A stretch of 55,016 bases of DNA from an uncultured Thermoplasmatales archaeon (GTDB lineage: Archaea; Thermoplasmatota; E2; UBA202; DSCA01), in assembly GCA_964414415.1 (NCBI GenBank), contig CAYPWJ010000002.1, positions 53,300 through 108,315 on the forward strand, read 5' to 3'. Positions 1-9,290 of the stretch are shown here, piece after piece. Both the position numbers and the translations under genes were made by a program. Each line of letters begins with the position of its first letter. Positions within the stretch are counted from its first letter, which is position 1. The notes below the pieces were generated by a model. The model saw only the letters and a list, made by a program, of their open reading frames with translations, was not told the DNA's origin and searched no databases.

Positions 1-1250
1 TTCCTCAAAGGAAGATGCACCTACCGAGGACGTTGATGTAACCGTCACCGACAACAACGTAACAGGAAATGAAAACACAACAACGGGTATTCGAGTCCAG
101 GCCGGTGGCTGTAGCTATGAGTATGATGAAAGTATTACGCTTGGAGAAGTAATCATTGAGAACAACAACGTCACCGGAATCGGTTATAGCGAAGGAGATG
201 ATGGTGGTCATGGAGTCCGTGTACATTCGGGCTATTATACCCGTATAGAATCAGTGAAAATTGATAACAACAACGTTTCAGGAGAAAAAGATACTGAAGG
301 ACATGGAATCCGAGTTCACTCGGCTGAGGAGAGTCTTGGCGTCGGCAGTGTAGGCATAACCAACAACGTGGTTGAATATCCTGGGTGCCAGGGAATCAGG
401 GTGCATTTGCACAAAAATTCCTCAAAGGAAGATGCACCTACCGAGGACGTTGATGTAACCGTCACCGACAACGAAGTAATAGGTAATGAATATACGAAAA
501 CAGGTATTCGAGTTCAGGCCGGTGGCCATAAATATGATTACGATGAGAGTATTATGCTTGGAGAAGTGATTATCGAGAACAATAACGTCACCGGAATCGG
601 TTATAGCTCAGAATCTGAGGGTGGTCATGGTGTCCGTGTACATTCGGGCTATTATACCCGCATAGAGTCGGTGAAAATTGATAACAACACCGTTTCAGGA
701 AATAAAGATACTGGAGGACATGGAATCTGGGTTCACTCAGGTTATAAGAGCTTTGGTGTCGGCAGCGTAGATGTTACTGACAACAAAGTTGAATATCCTG
801 GTTGTCAGGGAATTAGAGTGCATTTGCATGGAAATTCCACAGAGGAAGGAGTAACCATCACAGACAACAACGTAACAGGAGATGACTTCACAACTAAAGG
901 AATTAGAGTTGATACTTCCGCTGGTGTGTCAGGTCACAATATTACGTTGGAAGAAGTAGTTGTTGAAAATAACATAGTCACCGAAATCAATGGTAGCGGA
1001 CATACAGTATTAGGGATTCGTGTCCATGCAGGCGGTTCGGGTGAGGCTACCCATATGAAAGATGTTAGTGTAATAGGCAACGAGGTTACCGATGGTGCTG
1101 GAGAAGGAATCCGCGTCCAGACAGGAGGTAGGGACGAGAAAATAAGCACAATGGGGAGAGTAGTCGTAAAAAACAACGCTGTGACTGACAATGAAGACCG
1201 AGGTATTCGTGTTCACGCAGGAGCAGGAGGAGTAGGAGCAGGAGAAGGAT
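1..1250 (+). repeat. Intragenic tandem repeat, unit about 417 bp (139 aa). Copies at 1-417 (partial) and 418-834 are about 85-90% identical, and a more degenerate third copy follows.
   Basis: Exact 55-nt identity between nt 1-55 and 418-472. Protein repeats SVKIDNN(N/T)VSG..GHGIRVHS..VEYPGCQGIRVHLH.. Confidence 0.8.
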
Positions 1251-3373
1251 ACGGGGACTCCGGTACACCTACTGGTTCTAGTATCGATACGGCAATTGTT
1301 GAAGGTAACATTGTTATTGATAATGGTGTTATTGGACTTCGGGTCAGTGCAGGTGATAAAGCCAATGTTGACACGGCAACTATCGAAGACAACTACGTCG
1401 AAGGACACGAGGTAGGAATCTGGGACCGTGCCTGTGGCGAAGGCATCATTAAATCGTTGACCATCGATGAAAACCAAGTCAAGAGAAATACCGAATACGG
1501 TATTTTGCTCGATGACGGATCATGGCCATGTCCCAGAAGCGGTAGGACAAACCCTAGCGGTACTATAGAAAGCGTTGACGTCACAGAAAACACAATTGAA
1601 GATAATGGGGCTGGTGTTTGTGTCTTTGATATAATAAACGATGGAGACACTGAATCAGCAGTCACAATCAGCTACAACAACATTAGCAACAACACCTGGG
1701 GCATTCAGGTGCAGGAGACCTGTGAGGACGACATCGTTGACAACGAGTTCTGGTACAACGGCGGAGGCAGTGGAGGAACGGGGATCGCGCAAGAAAACGG
1801 TGGCGGCAATGGCGGCGCAATCCATCTCTATAAGGCTAACGACACCTATATCTCCGGAAACAACATGACGTACAACTATAACGGCATAGTGATGGAGGAC
1901 TGCGAGGACAACCTGGTGGAGGACAACGACATACACCAAACCCTGCCCGACGCATCGGGAGAAAATATTGGGGTTGTGATAATGGGGGGCGAGTCCTTCA
2001 ATGTCATCCAGCACAACAACGTCTCCGGCTATACTGACGGGATAGCTCTGGTAAACACGGGTCACGAGGAGGTGAGATACAACAACGTCTCCCAGAACGA
2101 CAACGGCATATACCTCTCTGGCTCTGATTACAACAACGTCACCGGTAACGACGTCCACGACAATGACGGCGACGGCATCTATCTCGATCAATCAGATTTC
2201 AACAACCTTACGGCAAACAATGTCTGGGGCAATGACGCGGGAATCTATATCCGGTCACACTCCAACTATAACAACCTTACGGCAAACAACGCCTGGGGCA
2301 ATGGTAAGGGCATCTATATGAGGTTTTACTCACACTACAACAATTTGACCGAAAACTATGCGGCTGACAACGACTACGGCATCTACCTCAAGGGACATAG
2401 CGTGGGCTCGGGCGATGGGCCTACCAATACCACCATACGCGACTGCACTGCCTCCAGCAACGCCATCTATGACTTCTACGCCACCAACTACACCGTCAAC
2501 ACCACCGTCACCAACCTCACCATGAGCAGCTACCCGACATCAGTTGATTTCACCTACGGCGACGGCATAGCGTTGAAGGGCGTGGATGAAAGCCAGGTGG
2601 AGCCATTCGACCAGCATGCGCCGCTCTATCGCTACGTCAACGTCACCAACGTCACCGAAACCTCCTGGATCAACGTCAGCATCCACTACACAGATGGAGA
2701 CCTTACCTACACCAGCGAGGACACACTGGACATGTACGAGTACACTGCATCAGGGTGGGCATCGGTAGGTGGAACCTGCGACGATGCCAACGACCAGGTT
2801 TGGGCGAACCTTTCCTCGTTCAGCATCTACGGCCTCTTCGGCGACATCACGCAGCTGAACCTGTCGCTCTACGAGGGATGGAACATGGTCTCGGTGCCCT
2901 GCAACCAGAGCCTGAACACCGCCGGGGAGCTCGCCGAGCTGGTCAACGGCGAGAGCGAGGGCGTGTGCACCGTCATCACCAGGTGGGACACCGCCAAGCA
3001 GCGGTACGTCAGCTACATCCCGGGCTCCGGCGAGGGCTTCGCCCTGTCCAACGGCACCGGCTACTTCGTCTACGTCACGGCTGATGTCAACGTGAACATC
3101 ACCGGTGACATCGTCACGCCGGACGTCGACCTGTCGCTCGAGGAGGGCTTCAACCTCGTCGGGTGGCCGTATCCCTACGACGCAGAGGCCAGCGACATCG
3201 CCGGCGACATCGACAACTGCGTCAAGGTCTCCATGTTCAACGGGTCGACGCAGACATGGATGGCCGAGTACATCGCGGCGGTGTCTGGAACGTCGTACGA
3301 CTTCGACGTGTTGATGGCCGACGGCGTGTTCGTCTTCGTCAACCCGGGACCGTCTGGCTGGCAGCCGAGATAG
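2..3373 (+). CDS. 5'-truncated giant secreted beta-helix (PbH1/NosD-like) surface protein, paralog 1. N-terminal part is built from about 139-aa tandem repeats. C-terminal about 560 aa are homologous to paralog 2.
   Basis: The frame stays open from window start, and the first 55 nt repeat exactly at 418. Repeated motifs GIRVH/NNVTG/NLTGN (parallel beta-helix repeat, dense N-x-S/T sequons). C-terminal bipartite module (EGWNMVSVP...GYFVYV / EGFNLVGWP...GVFVFVNPGPSGWQPR) shared with the next two genes. Confidence 0.8.
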   Translation, partial: SSKEDAPTEDVDVTVTDNNVTGNENTTTGIRVQAGGCSYEYDESITLGEVIIENNNVTGIGYSEGDDGGHGVRVHSGYYTRIESVKIDNNNVSGEKDTEGHGIRVHSAEESLGVGSVGITNNVVEYPGCQGIRVHLHKNSSKEDAPTEDVDVTVTDNEVIGNEYTKTGIRVQAGGHKYDYDESIMLGEVIIENNNVTGIGYSSESEGGHGVRVHSGYYTRIESVKIDNNTVSGNKDTGGHGIWVHSGYKSFGVGSVDVTDNKVEYPGCQGIRVHLHGNSTEEGVTITDNNVTGDDFTTKGIRVDTSAGVSGHNITLEEVVVENNIVTEINGSGHTVLGIRVHAGGSGEATHMKDVSVIGNEVTDGAGEGIRVQTGGRDEKISTMGRVVVKNNAVTDNEDRGIRVHAGAGGVGAGEGYGDSGTPTGSSIDTAIVEGNIVIDNGVIGLRVSAGDKANVDTATIEDNYVEGHEVGIWDRACGEGIIKSLTIDENQVKRNTEYGILLDDGSWPCPRSGRTNPSGTIESVDVTENTIEDNGAGVCVFDIINDGDTESAVTISYNNISNNTWGIQVQETCEDDIVDNEFWYNGGGSGGTGIAQENGGGNGGAIHLYKANDTYISGNNMTYNYNGIVMEDCEDNLVEDNDIHQTLPDASGENIGVVIMGGESFNVIQHNNVSGYTDGIALVNTGHEEVRYNNVSQNDNGIYLSGSDYNNVTGNDVHDNDGDGIYLDQSDFNNLTANNVWGNDAGIYIRSHSNYNNLTANNAWGNGKGIYMRFYSHYNNLTENYAADNDYGIYLKGHSVGSGDGPTNTTIRDCTASSNAIYDFYATNYTVNTTVTNLTMSSYPTSVDFTYGDGIALKGVDESQVEPFDQHAPLYRYVNVTNVTETSWINVSIHYTDGDLTYTSEDTLDMYEYTASGWASVGGTCDDANDQVWANLSSFSIYGLFGDITQLNLSLYEGWNMVSVPCNQSLNTAGELAELVNGESEGVCTVITRWDTAKQRYVSYIPGSGEGFALSNGTGYFVYVTADVNVNITGDIVTPDVDLSLEEGFNLVGWPYPYDAEASDIAGDIDNCVKVSMFNGSTQTWMAEYIAAVSGTSYDFDVLMADGVFVFVNPGPSGWQPR

Positions 3374-3403
3374 TCCTTCTTTATTTCTCCTCTCGTCTCT
3401 CCT
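3374..3403 (+). terminator. Pyrimidine (CT)-rich tract immediately downstream of paralog 1 stop. Putative archaeal terminator element.
   Basis: tccttctttatttctcctctcgtctctcct directly after the TAG stop. Analogous tracts follow paralogs 2 and 3. Confidence 0.35.
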
Positions 3404-3514
3404 GGATGCCCTGCCGCCTGTGGCGGCGTAGCCTGGGCTGTCGTCGCTGTCTGGCCATCCTGCTTTGTTAGCCATACCCTTTGAATGATTGCTCGCTGCT
3501 GCAGGCATTAAAAA

Positions 3515-3536
3515 TTTTAGACAAATATTTATACCA
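3515..3536 (+). promoter_or_regulatory. Putative BRE/TATA promoter of paralog 2 (TTTTAGACAAATATTTATACCA), about 65 nt upstream of the ATG. A GGAGG RBS sits about 10 nt upstream of the ATG.
   Basis: 22-mer conserved (19/22) upstream of paralog 3 (9223-9244). The core (A/G)TATTTATACC recurs upstream of the F390-synthetase-like gene (about 31922). Confidence 0.55.
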
Positions 3537-3600
3537 TGGGCTTATTATAACGTAATTCCATAAACCATGGAGATATATAGGATATAGGAGGAATAAAACC

Positions 3601-6600
3601 ATGAAACGAGCAACACATATTTTAGCGATAGCAGGAGCGGTGGCGGTGGCGGCCCTGGCAGTGATGGCGTTCGGCGCAGCGCAGGCAGACGCGGTCGGAG
3701 CAGACATCTCATCCTATGAGGGACCTGCCCCGGGAGATGTTGACGTGGTTGTCGATCCAACCACCACTACGAACCCGGATTATATAATGGAGGCGGTCCT
3801 GCCGATGACTCATACGTTCGGAACCGACGCTGCGGTAACGAGAGACTACGATGTAGGTGCAGATAAAGCTACGTTCAATATAAGCGGTTTAGCTGGAGAC
3901 TCAGGAGCGATTTTCTTCGATAACGACAGCGACGGGATAGCTGATTTCCAGCTCGGATTCCGAGATACAGATCATTCCGGAGGGCCCGCAGCAACTGTTT
4001 GGGTAAATCAGGGAGGAACATGGACAGAGGATACTGCATTCAGAAGCCTGACTGATTCTGATAGTGACGGCGTATACGAGTTTGGAGCCAATCCTATAAC
4101 GTCAGGTGGGAGACTTGGCACAATGCCGGATGTTTTCGATGGTGAAATCGCTAGTGATTATATTTTCATCGAGGTAGAGGAATCCGCCCTCGACTGTGAC
4201 TTCAAGTACGGAATCAGGGACCCTGCTGGAGATAACTACAATTTCGATGTCAGCACCAGTGGATGGGATTTTGACGCTACCAACGATATCGTCACAGGCA
4301 GCACCGTCCCGACAGGTAAAGGCATAAACACTGTCGGTGTAAATCCTGGCACCTATACAGAGCAGGTCACTATAGACAAGTCATTGACGCTGGTTTCCAT
4401 GGAAGGGCCTGAGGAGACGGAGATATCGTTGACAGAGAAGATGAATATCGGAGCCGACGATGTGACTGTTAAGGGATTCAATATAACCCGGGAAAGCGAC
4501 ATTAACATTATATACTTAACTGGGGCTGATGCTACAGTCGAGTGGAACATCTTTGAAGGCACAATCGATGGTTATGCGATAAGATTGGAAGGCCCCCCTG
4601 CCAACGGAGCTAAGATAGTGAACAATAAGTTTATTGGGACTAGGCATGCTGTTATGGATGCAGGTGCCAGCCAGGTCGGGATTGAAAATAATACAATTAT
4701 AGGCACGGGCGTGACAGGTGTACTGATAACGGACGGGACAGGAGGAACCGCGGCTAACGTTGACAATGTCAAAATAAAATACAATCTTTTCGAGAACATC
4801 GAAGGCGAGGATGTTTTCTCAGCAGTCGGTGTTTACGTAGGAGCGGGTAAAACGATAGACGGCCCCGGTATAGAAGTCAACTATAATCATTTCATTAACA
4901 ATAAGATGGGTGTTTATGCTTTAGAAGATACAGGCGATTTGGTGGACAAGGTTGACGCCACCTGCAACTGGTGGGGTGATGCATCCGGGCCGAACCATAC
5001 GAGCAACCCGCTTGGAAGCGGTGATAATGTCAGTGACAAGGTTGAATTTGTCCCGTGGCTCAATGCAACCTATCCTGATGGAGAGTGTATCGGTGGTACA
5101 TGCAAGACAGATATATGGGTTGACAACGACTATGACAGCTCTACACCGGGCTGGAACATAGACCATTTCGCAACCATACAGGACGGCGTGGACAGAGTTT
5201 GCGACGGTGGCACGGTCCACGTTGCAGCGGGAGCCTACAATGCGTCACTTCTCATAGATAAACCTCTAACATTGCAAGGAGCCGGAGCATCTCAGACCAT
5301 TATAAATGGATCCTCTAGTACTAAAGCTATGAAATTGCTTATAGAGGTGTACGGTAATCTTACTGTTGATGGATTCACTATCAATGCATCTGAAATCTGG
5401 GGAACAGTCTACGGTAGAGATGAACCATCTCTGCACGATGATAACCCAGGTCAATGGAACTTTACGAACAATACATTTGAACTGGGGACAATGTATTTTG
5501 ATCATACGGACGCCGATATAAAAATCTGTAACAACACGTTCAATACAACATGGGAGGCGGTTGGCACAGAGGAATGCACTGGAGCAATGGAAATCGGCCA
5601 TAACAAGATGAATTACGTTGATGACGATAATGAGGGCAATCCCGGACTCATCAAAATCTCTAACTGGCCTAAATACTGGGAAAACAGCAGCGGGAGTTTC
5701 CTTATACCGAACAATGCCACCGCCAAACAATGGATACACAACAATACCATGAACTGCAATGGTGCCATCGGGATAACGTATCATAGCTATCCTTCTGCCG
5801 AAAATTGGCAATCTTGGGGAGGCCCACAGGTTGTCGACAGTGCTGCCGTATTTAGCGATGTTGTCATAGAAAACAACGAAATCTCCGGCGTTGGCGATCT
5901 CAATGCTGCCGCCTATCCTGGCGTCTTTAATGAGTCTCCCTATCCTAACGCTGGCATTTTGTTAAAGAGAAATGGCAGTGGCACCGGGTTTGAAGACACA
6001 GTTATTTCCAGCAATACCATCACGGCAGATGCTGGCGCCGCCGAGGTGAACCAGGGAATCCATCTATCTGGAAACTGTACCGATACAACAATCACTGAAA
6101 ACTCGATAACGGGCTTCGACAATGCTGTCTACCTCAACACCACCACTGGCGAATACCCCTCCAGTACAGCAATTCATTACAACAATTTCGGTGGCAATAC
6201 CTACGGCGTCTACACCGAGGACCCCATCAATATGACCGACGCCACCTGCAACTGGTGGGGTCATCCATCCGGGCCGAACCACACTGACAATCCGTCCAAA
6301 GACCATGGGATAGGTGACAACGTGAGCGACAACGTCGACTTCTCGCCGTGGCTCAACGCGCCATATCCCGGCGGCAAAGCCATCGACTACTGGAACCCCA
6401 CCTCTGTTGATGGCGAGGCAGACATTGACGAAAAAGCGAACGCAGACACCACGGTAAATATCACGACTACCGAAGAGCAAAACGTCACCGTGCAGAACTA
6501 CGTGGGCGACCCCGAGCCCGGTGCAGGATCACCGCAGGGCATCGGCCCGATCGGCAAATACGTCGACGTGGCCGTCGAAAACGAAACGGCGGTTGAATGG

Positions 6601-9168
6601 CCCGTCAACATCACCATCTACTACACGCAGGCGGACCTCGACGCGGCTGGCATCCCCGAGACGTCATTGACAGAGATGCTCTACTACGACGAGACATCCG
6701 GTGAGTGGGAGGCATACAACGACACCGGCGTCAACACCGCAAACACCGACGGATACGAGGGCTACGTCTGGGCGAACGCCTGGAACGGCTACCAGCTCTC
6801 GCCGAAGGCACCGAGCGGCTTGATGGACGTCTGGGTCGACGACGATGCAGACCCGGGGTGGTATGACGCCGCGCATGTCAGGACCATCAAGGAGGGCATC
6901 GACAACGTCACCGCGGGCGGCACCGTCCACGTCTGGGACGGTACGTACCATGAGGAGAACATTTTCGTCAACAAGTCTATCAGCATCATCGGCAACACCT
7001 CTGTTGATGCCCGGAACAAGGCCGTTGAACTGAACACCAATGTTAGCTACACAGATAAGGGCTTCATCGTCCAGGCGGACCACGTCAACATATCGGGCTT
7101 CAACATCACCAACTGGGGTGGCATATATCCCTGCGGCGGCGTGCTCGTCAATCATTCCAGCCGCTGCAACATCTCAGGGAATGTCATGGCGGGTGACTAC
7201 GACGGTGTCAAACTCAACGCATCAGATGAAAACGTTGTCTATAACAATATCATCCTGGAATCCACGTATGGTGTCTGGATGGCCAACGGAAGCAGCCACA
7301 ACGTCATCGATTCGAACTTTATCAGAGACACACAGATTGGCATACTATATTACACCGAGGAACCTGCCTGCTGGAACACCATCGTCGGTAACAACATATC
7401 CCACAACCTCCTCTGGGGCATAGCTATGGAGTATACCTATCAGGATGAGATCATCGACAACGAGTTCTGGTACAACGGCGGAGGCAGTGGAGAAATGGTG
7501 ATTGCGCAAGAAAACGGTGGCAGCAATGGCGGCGCAATAGGCCTCCGGGGGGCCAACGACACCTACATTGGAGGAAACACCATGCGGTACAATTATCACG
7601 GCGTAGTGATGGACACTTGCGAGGACAACCTGGTGGAGTCCAACGACATCCAACAAACGCTGCCCGGTTGGAATCCCTCTGACCCATTGGAGGGAGATCC
7701 TCCTCCAATTGGCGTTATGATTGTGGAGGGCCGCTCCTATAACGTCATCCAGCATAACAACGTCTCCAGCTATCCTATTGGAATAGCTCTGGTGGGCACG
7801 ACTCACGAGAAGGTGAGATACAACGACATCTCTGCCAATGGATACGGCGTGAGCTTGGGTGGCACTGTTTTCAGCAACATCACTGGAAACGAGATATACA
7901 GCAACGCCGGATACGGCGTGCGCCTTGACAGCTCTGGTTACAACAACCTGACTGGGAACGAGATATACGACAACACCGACGACGGCATATATTTCCATAG
8001 CTCCCGTTACAACAATATCACTGGAAACGCCATCTGGGGCAACGACAACCGGGGAATCAATCTGTTGGACTCTCCCTGCAACAACCTGACCGGCAATTAC
8101 ATCTGGAACAATGCCGATGAAGGCGTCTACCTCGATTATCGGTCCAGCTACAACAACCTCACCGAGAACTACGTCGCCGACAACAGCCACGGCATCTACC
8201 TCGAGGGCTCCTCGGGTACGCTCCTCGAGAACACCACGGTACGCGACTGCGTCGCATCCGGCAACGCCATCTATGACTTCTACGCCACCGACTACACCGT
8301 CAACACCACCGTCACCAATCTCACCGTGTCGAGCTACCCGACGCCAGTCGATGTCGCCTACGGCGGCACCGTTGCGGTGAAGGGCGTCGACGAGAGCGAG
8401 ATAACGCCGTACGACGAGCACGCGCCGCTCAACCGCTACGTCAACGTCACCGGCAGCTCCTGGGTCAACATCAGCATCCACTACACAGATGGAGACCTCA
8501 CCTACACCAGCGAGGACACCCTGGGAATGTACGAGTATACCGGAACCAGCTGGTCAGAGGTGACGACAGCGGACCATTACCCGGATGACAACTATCTACA
8601 GGTGAACATCTCCTCGTTCAGCATCTACGGCCTGTTCGGCGACATCACGCAGCTGAACCTGTCGCTCTACGAGGGATGGAACATGGTCTCGGTGCCCTGC
8701 AACCAGAGCCTGAACACCGCCGGGGAGCTCGCCGAGCTGGTCAACGGCGAGAGCGAGGGCGTGTGCACCGTCATCACCAGGTGGGACACCGCCAAGCAGC
8801 GGTACGTCAGCTACATCCCGGGCTCCGGCGAGGGCTTCGCCCTGTCCAACGGCACCGGCTACTTCGTCTACGTCACGGCTGATGTCAACGTGAACATCAC
8901 CGGTGACATCGTCACGCCGGACGTCGACCTGTCGCTCGAGGAGGGCTTCAACCTCGTCGGGTGGCCGTATCCCTACGACGCAGAGGCCAGCGACATCGCC
9001 GGCGGCATCGACAACTGCGTCAAGGTCTCAAAGTTCAACGCGTCGACGCAGACGTGGCTGCCCGAGTACGTGCCAGGGCTCCCCGCCTCCAACGACTTCG
9101 CCGTCCGGATGGGCGAGGGCGTGTTCGTCTTCGTCAACCCGGGACCGTCTGGCTGGCAGCCCAGGTAA
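3601..9168 (+). CDS. Giant secreted beta-helix surface protein, paralog 2 (1855 aa). Has a signal peptide, PbH1 repeats, two CNWWG...GP...PWLNA modules, and the shared C-terminal bipartite module.
   Basis: N-terminus MKRATHILAIAGAVAVAALAVMAFGAAQADA (signal peptide). Repeats NNxxxGN / GIxL. Two copies of the motif ATCNWWG(D/H)xSGPNHT..GDNVSD.V.F.PWLNA. Last about 540 nt identical to 2830-3373. Confidence 0.9.
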   Translation: MKRATHILAIAGAVAVAALAVMAFGAAQADAVGADISSYEGPAPGDVDVVVDPTTTTNPDYIMEAVLPMTHTFGTDAAVTRDYDVGADKATFNISGLAGDSGAIFFDNDSDGIADFQLGFRDTDHSGGPAATVWVNQGGTWTEDTAFRSLTDSDSDGVYEFGANPITSGGRLGTMPDVFDGEIASDYIFIEVEESALDCDFKYGIRDPAGDNYNFDVSTSGWDFDATNDIVTGSTVPTGKGINTVGVNPGTYTEQVTIDKSLTLVSMEGPEETEISLTEKMNIGADDVTVKGFNITRESDINIIYLTGADATVEWNIFEGTIDGYAIRLEGPPANGAKIVNNKFIGTRHAVMDAGASQVGIENNTIIGTGVTGVLITDGTGGTAANVDNVKIKYNLFENIEGEDVFSAVGVYVGAGKTIDGPGIEVNYNHFINNKMGVYALEDTGDLVDKVDATCNWWGDASGPNHTSNPLGSGDNVSDKVEFVPWLNATYPDGECIGGTCKTDIWVDNDYDSSTPGWNIDHFATIQDGVDRVCDGGTVHVAAGAYNASLLIDKPLTLQGAGASQTIINGSSSTKAMKLLIEVYGNLTVDGFTINASEIWGTVYGRDEPSLHDDNPGQWNFTNNTFELGTMYFDHTDADIKICNNTFNTTWEAVGTEECTGAMEIGHNKMNYVDDDNEGNPGLIKISNWPKYWENSSGSFLIPNNATAKQWIHNNTMNCNGAIGITYHSYPSAENWQSWGGPQVVDSAAVFSDVVIENNEISGVGDLNAAAYPGVFNESPYPNAGILLKRNGSGTGFEDTVISSNTITADAGAAEVNQGIHLSGNCTDTTITENSITGFDNAVYLNTTTGEYPSSTAIHYNNFGGNTYGVYTEDPINMTDATCNWWGHPSGPNHTDNPSKDHGIGDNVSDNVDFSPWLNAPYPGGKAIDYWNPTSVDGEADIDEKANADTTVNITTTEEQNVTVQNYVGDPEPGAGSPQGIGPIGKYVDVAVENETAVEWPVNITIYYTQADLDAAGIPETSLTEMLYYDETSGEWEAYNDTGVNTANTDGYEGYVWANAWNGYQLSPKAPSGLMDVWVDDDADPGWYDAAHVRTIKEGIDNVTAGGTVHVWDGTYHEENIFVNKSISIIGNTSVDARNKAVELNTNVSYTDKGFIVQADHVNISGFNITNWGGIYPCGGVLVNHSSRCNISGNVMAGDYDGVKLNASDENVVYNNIILESTYGVWMANGSSHNVIDSNFIRDTQIGILYYTEEPACWNTIVGNNISHNLLWGIAMEYTYQDEIIDNEFWYNGGGSGEMVIAQENGGSNGGAIGLRGANDTYIGGNTMRYNYHGVVMDTCEDNLVESNDIQQTLPGWNPSDPLEGDPPPIGVMIVEGRSYNVIQHNNVSSYPIGIALVGTTHEKVRYNDISANGYGVSLGGTVFSNITGNEIYSNAGYGVRLDSSGYNNLTGNEIYDNTDDGIYFHSSRYNNITGNAIWGNDNRGINLLDSPCNNLTGNYIWNNADEGVYLDYRSSYNNLTENYVADNSHGIYLEGSSGTLLENTTVRDCVASGNAIYDFYATDYTVNTTVTNLTVSSYPTPVDVAYGGTVAVKGVDESEITPYDEHAPLNRYVNVTGSSWVNISIHYTDGDLTYTSEDTLGMYEYTGTSWSEVTTADHYPDDNYLQVNISSFSIYGLFGDITQLNLSLYEGWNMVSVPCNQSLNTAGELAELVNGESEGVCTVITRWDTAKQRYVSYIPGSGEGFALSNGTGYFVYVTADVNVNITGDIVTPDVDLSLEEGFNLVGWPYPYDAEASDIAGGIDNCVKVSKFNASTQTWLPEYVPGLPASNDFAVRMGEGVFVFVNPGPSGWQPR

Positions 9169-9213
9169 CCCCTTTCTCTCCCTTTTCCCTTCTTTTTCTA
9201 TCCTGTTTTTTTG
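9169..9213 (+). terminator. Pyrimidine-rich tract downstream of the paralog 2 stop (putative terminator).
   Basis: cccctttctctcccttttcccttctttttctatcctgttttttt. It ends in an oligo-T run, which is typical of archaeal termination. Confidence 0.4.
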
Positions 9214-9222
9214 CGCCGGATA

Positions 9223-9244
9223 TTTTAGATAAGTATTTATACAA
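9223..9244 (+). promoter_or_regulatory. Putative BRE/TATA promoter of paralog 3 (TTTTAGATAAGTATTTATACAA), about 47 nt upstream of the ATG. The RBS is GGAAGGAGG.
   Basis: Near-identical to the element at 3515-3536. Confidence 0.55.
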
Positions 9245-9290
9245 ATGACGGTTATCTTTTTTACTCCAACAGAGGAAGGAGGCACGGATT

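Noticed and set aside
7345-8481. 378-aa minus-strand ORF inside surface protein paralog 2 (and similar ORFs at 2750-3508, 12234-13130, 9849-10493)
   Set aside because: All are antisense to the giant plus-strand genes, whose repeats and signal peptides are coherent. Shadow ORFs are expected at this GC content.
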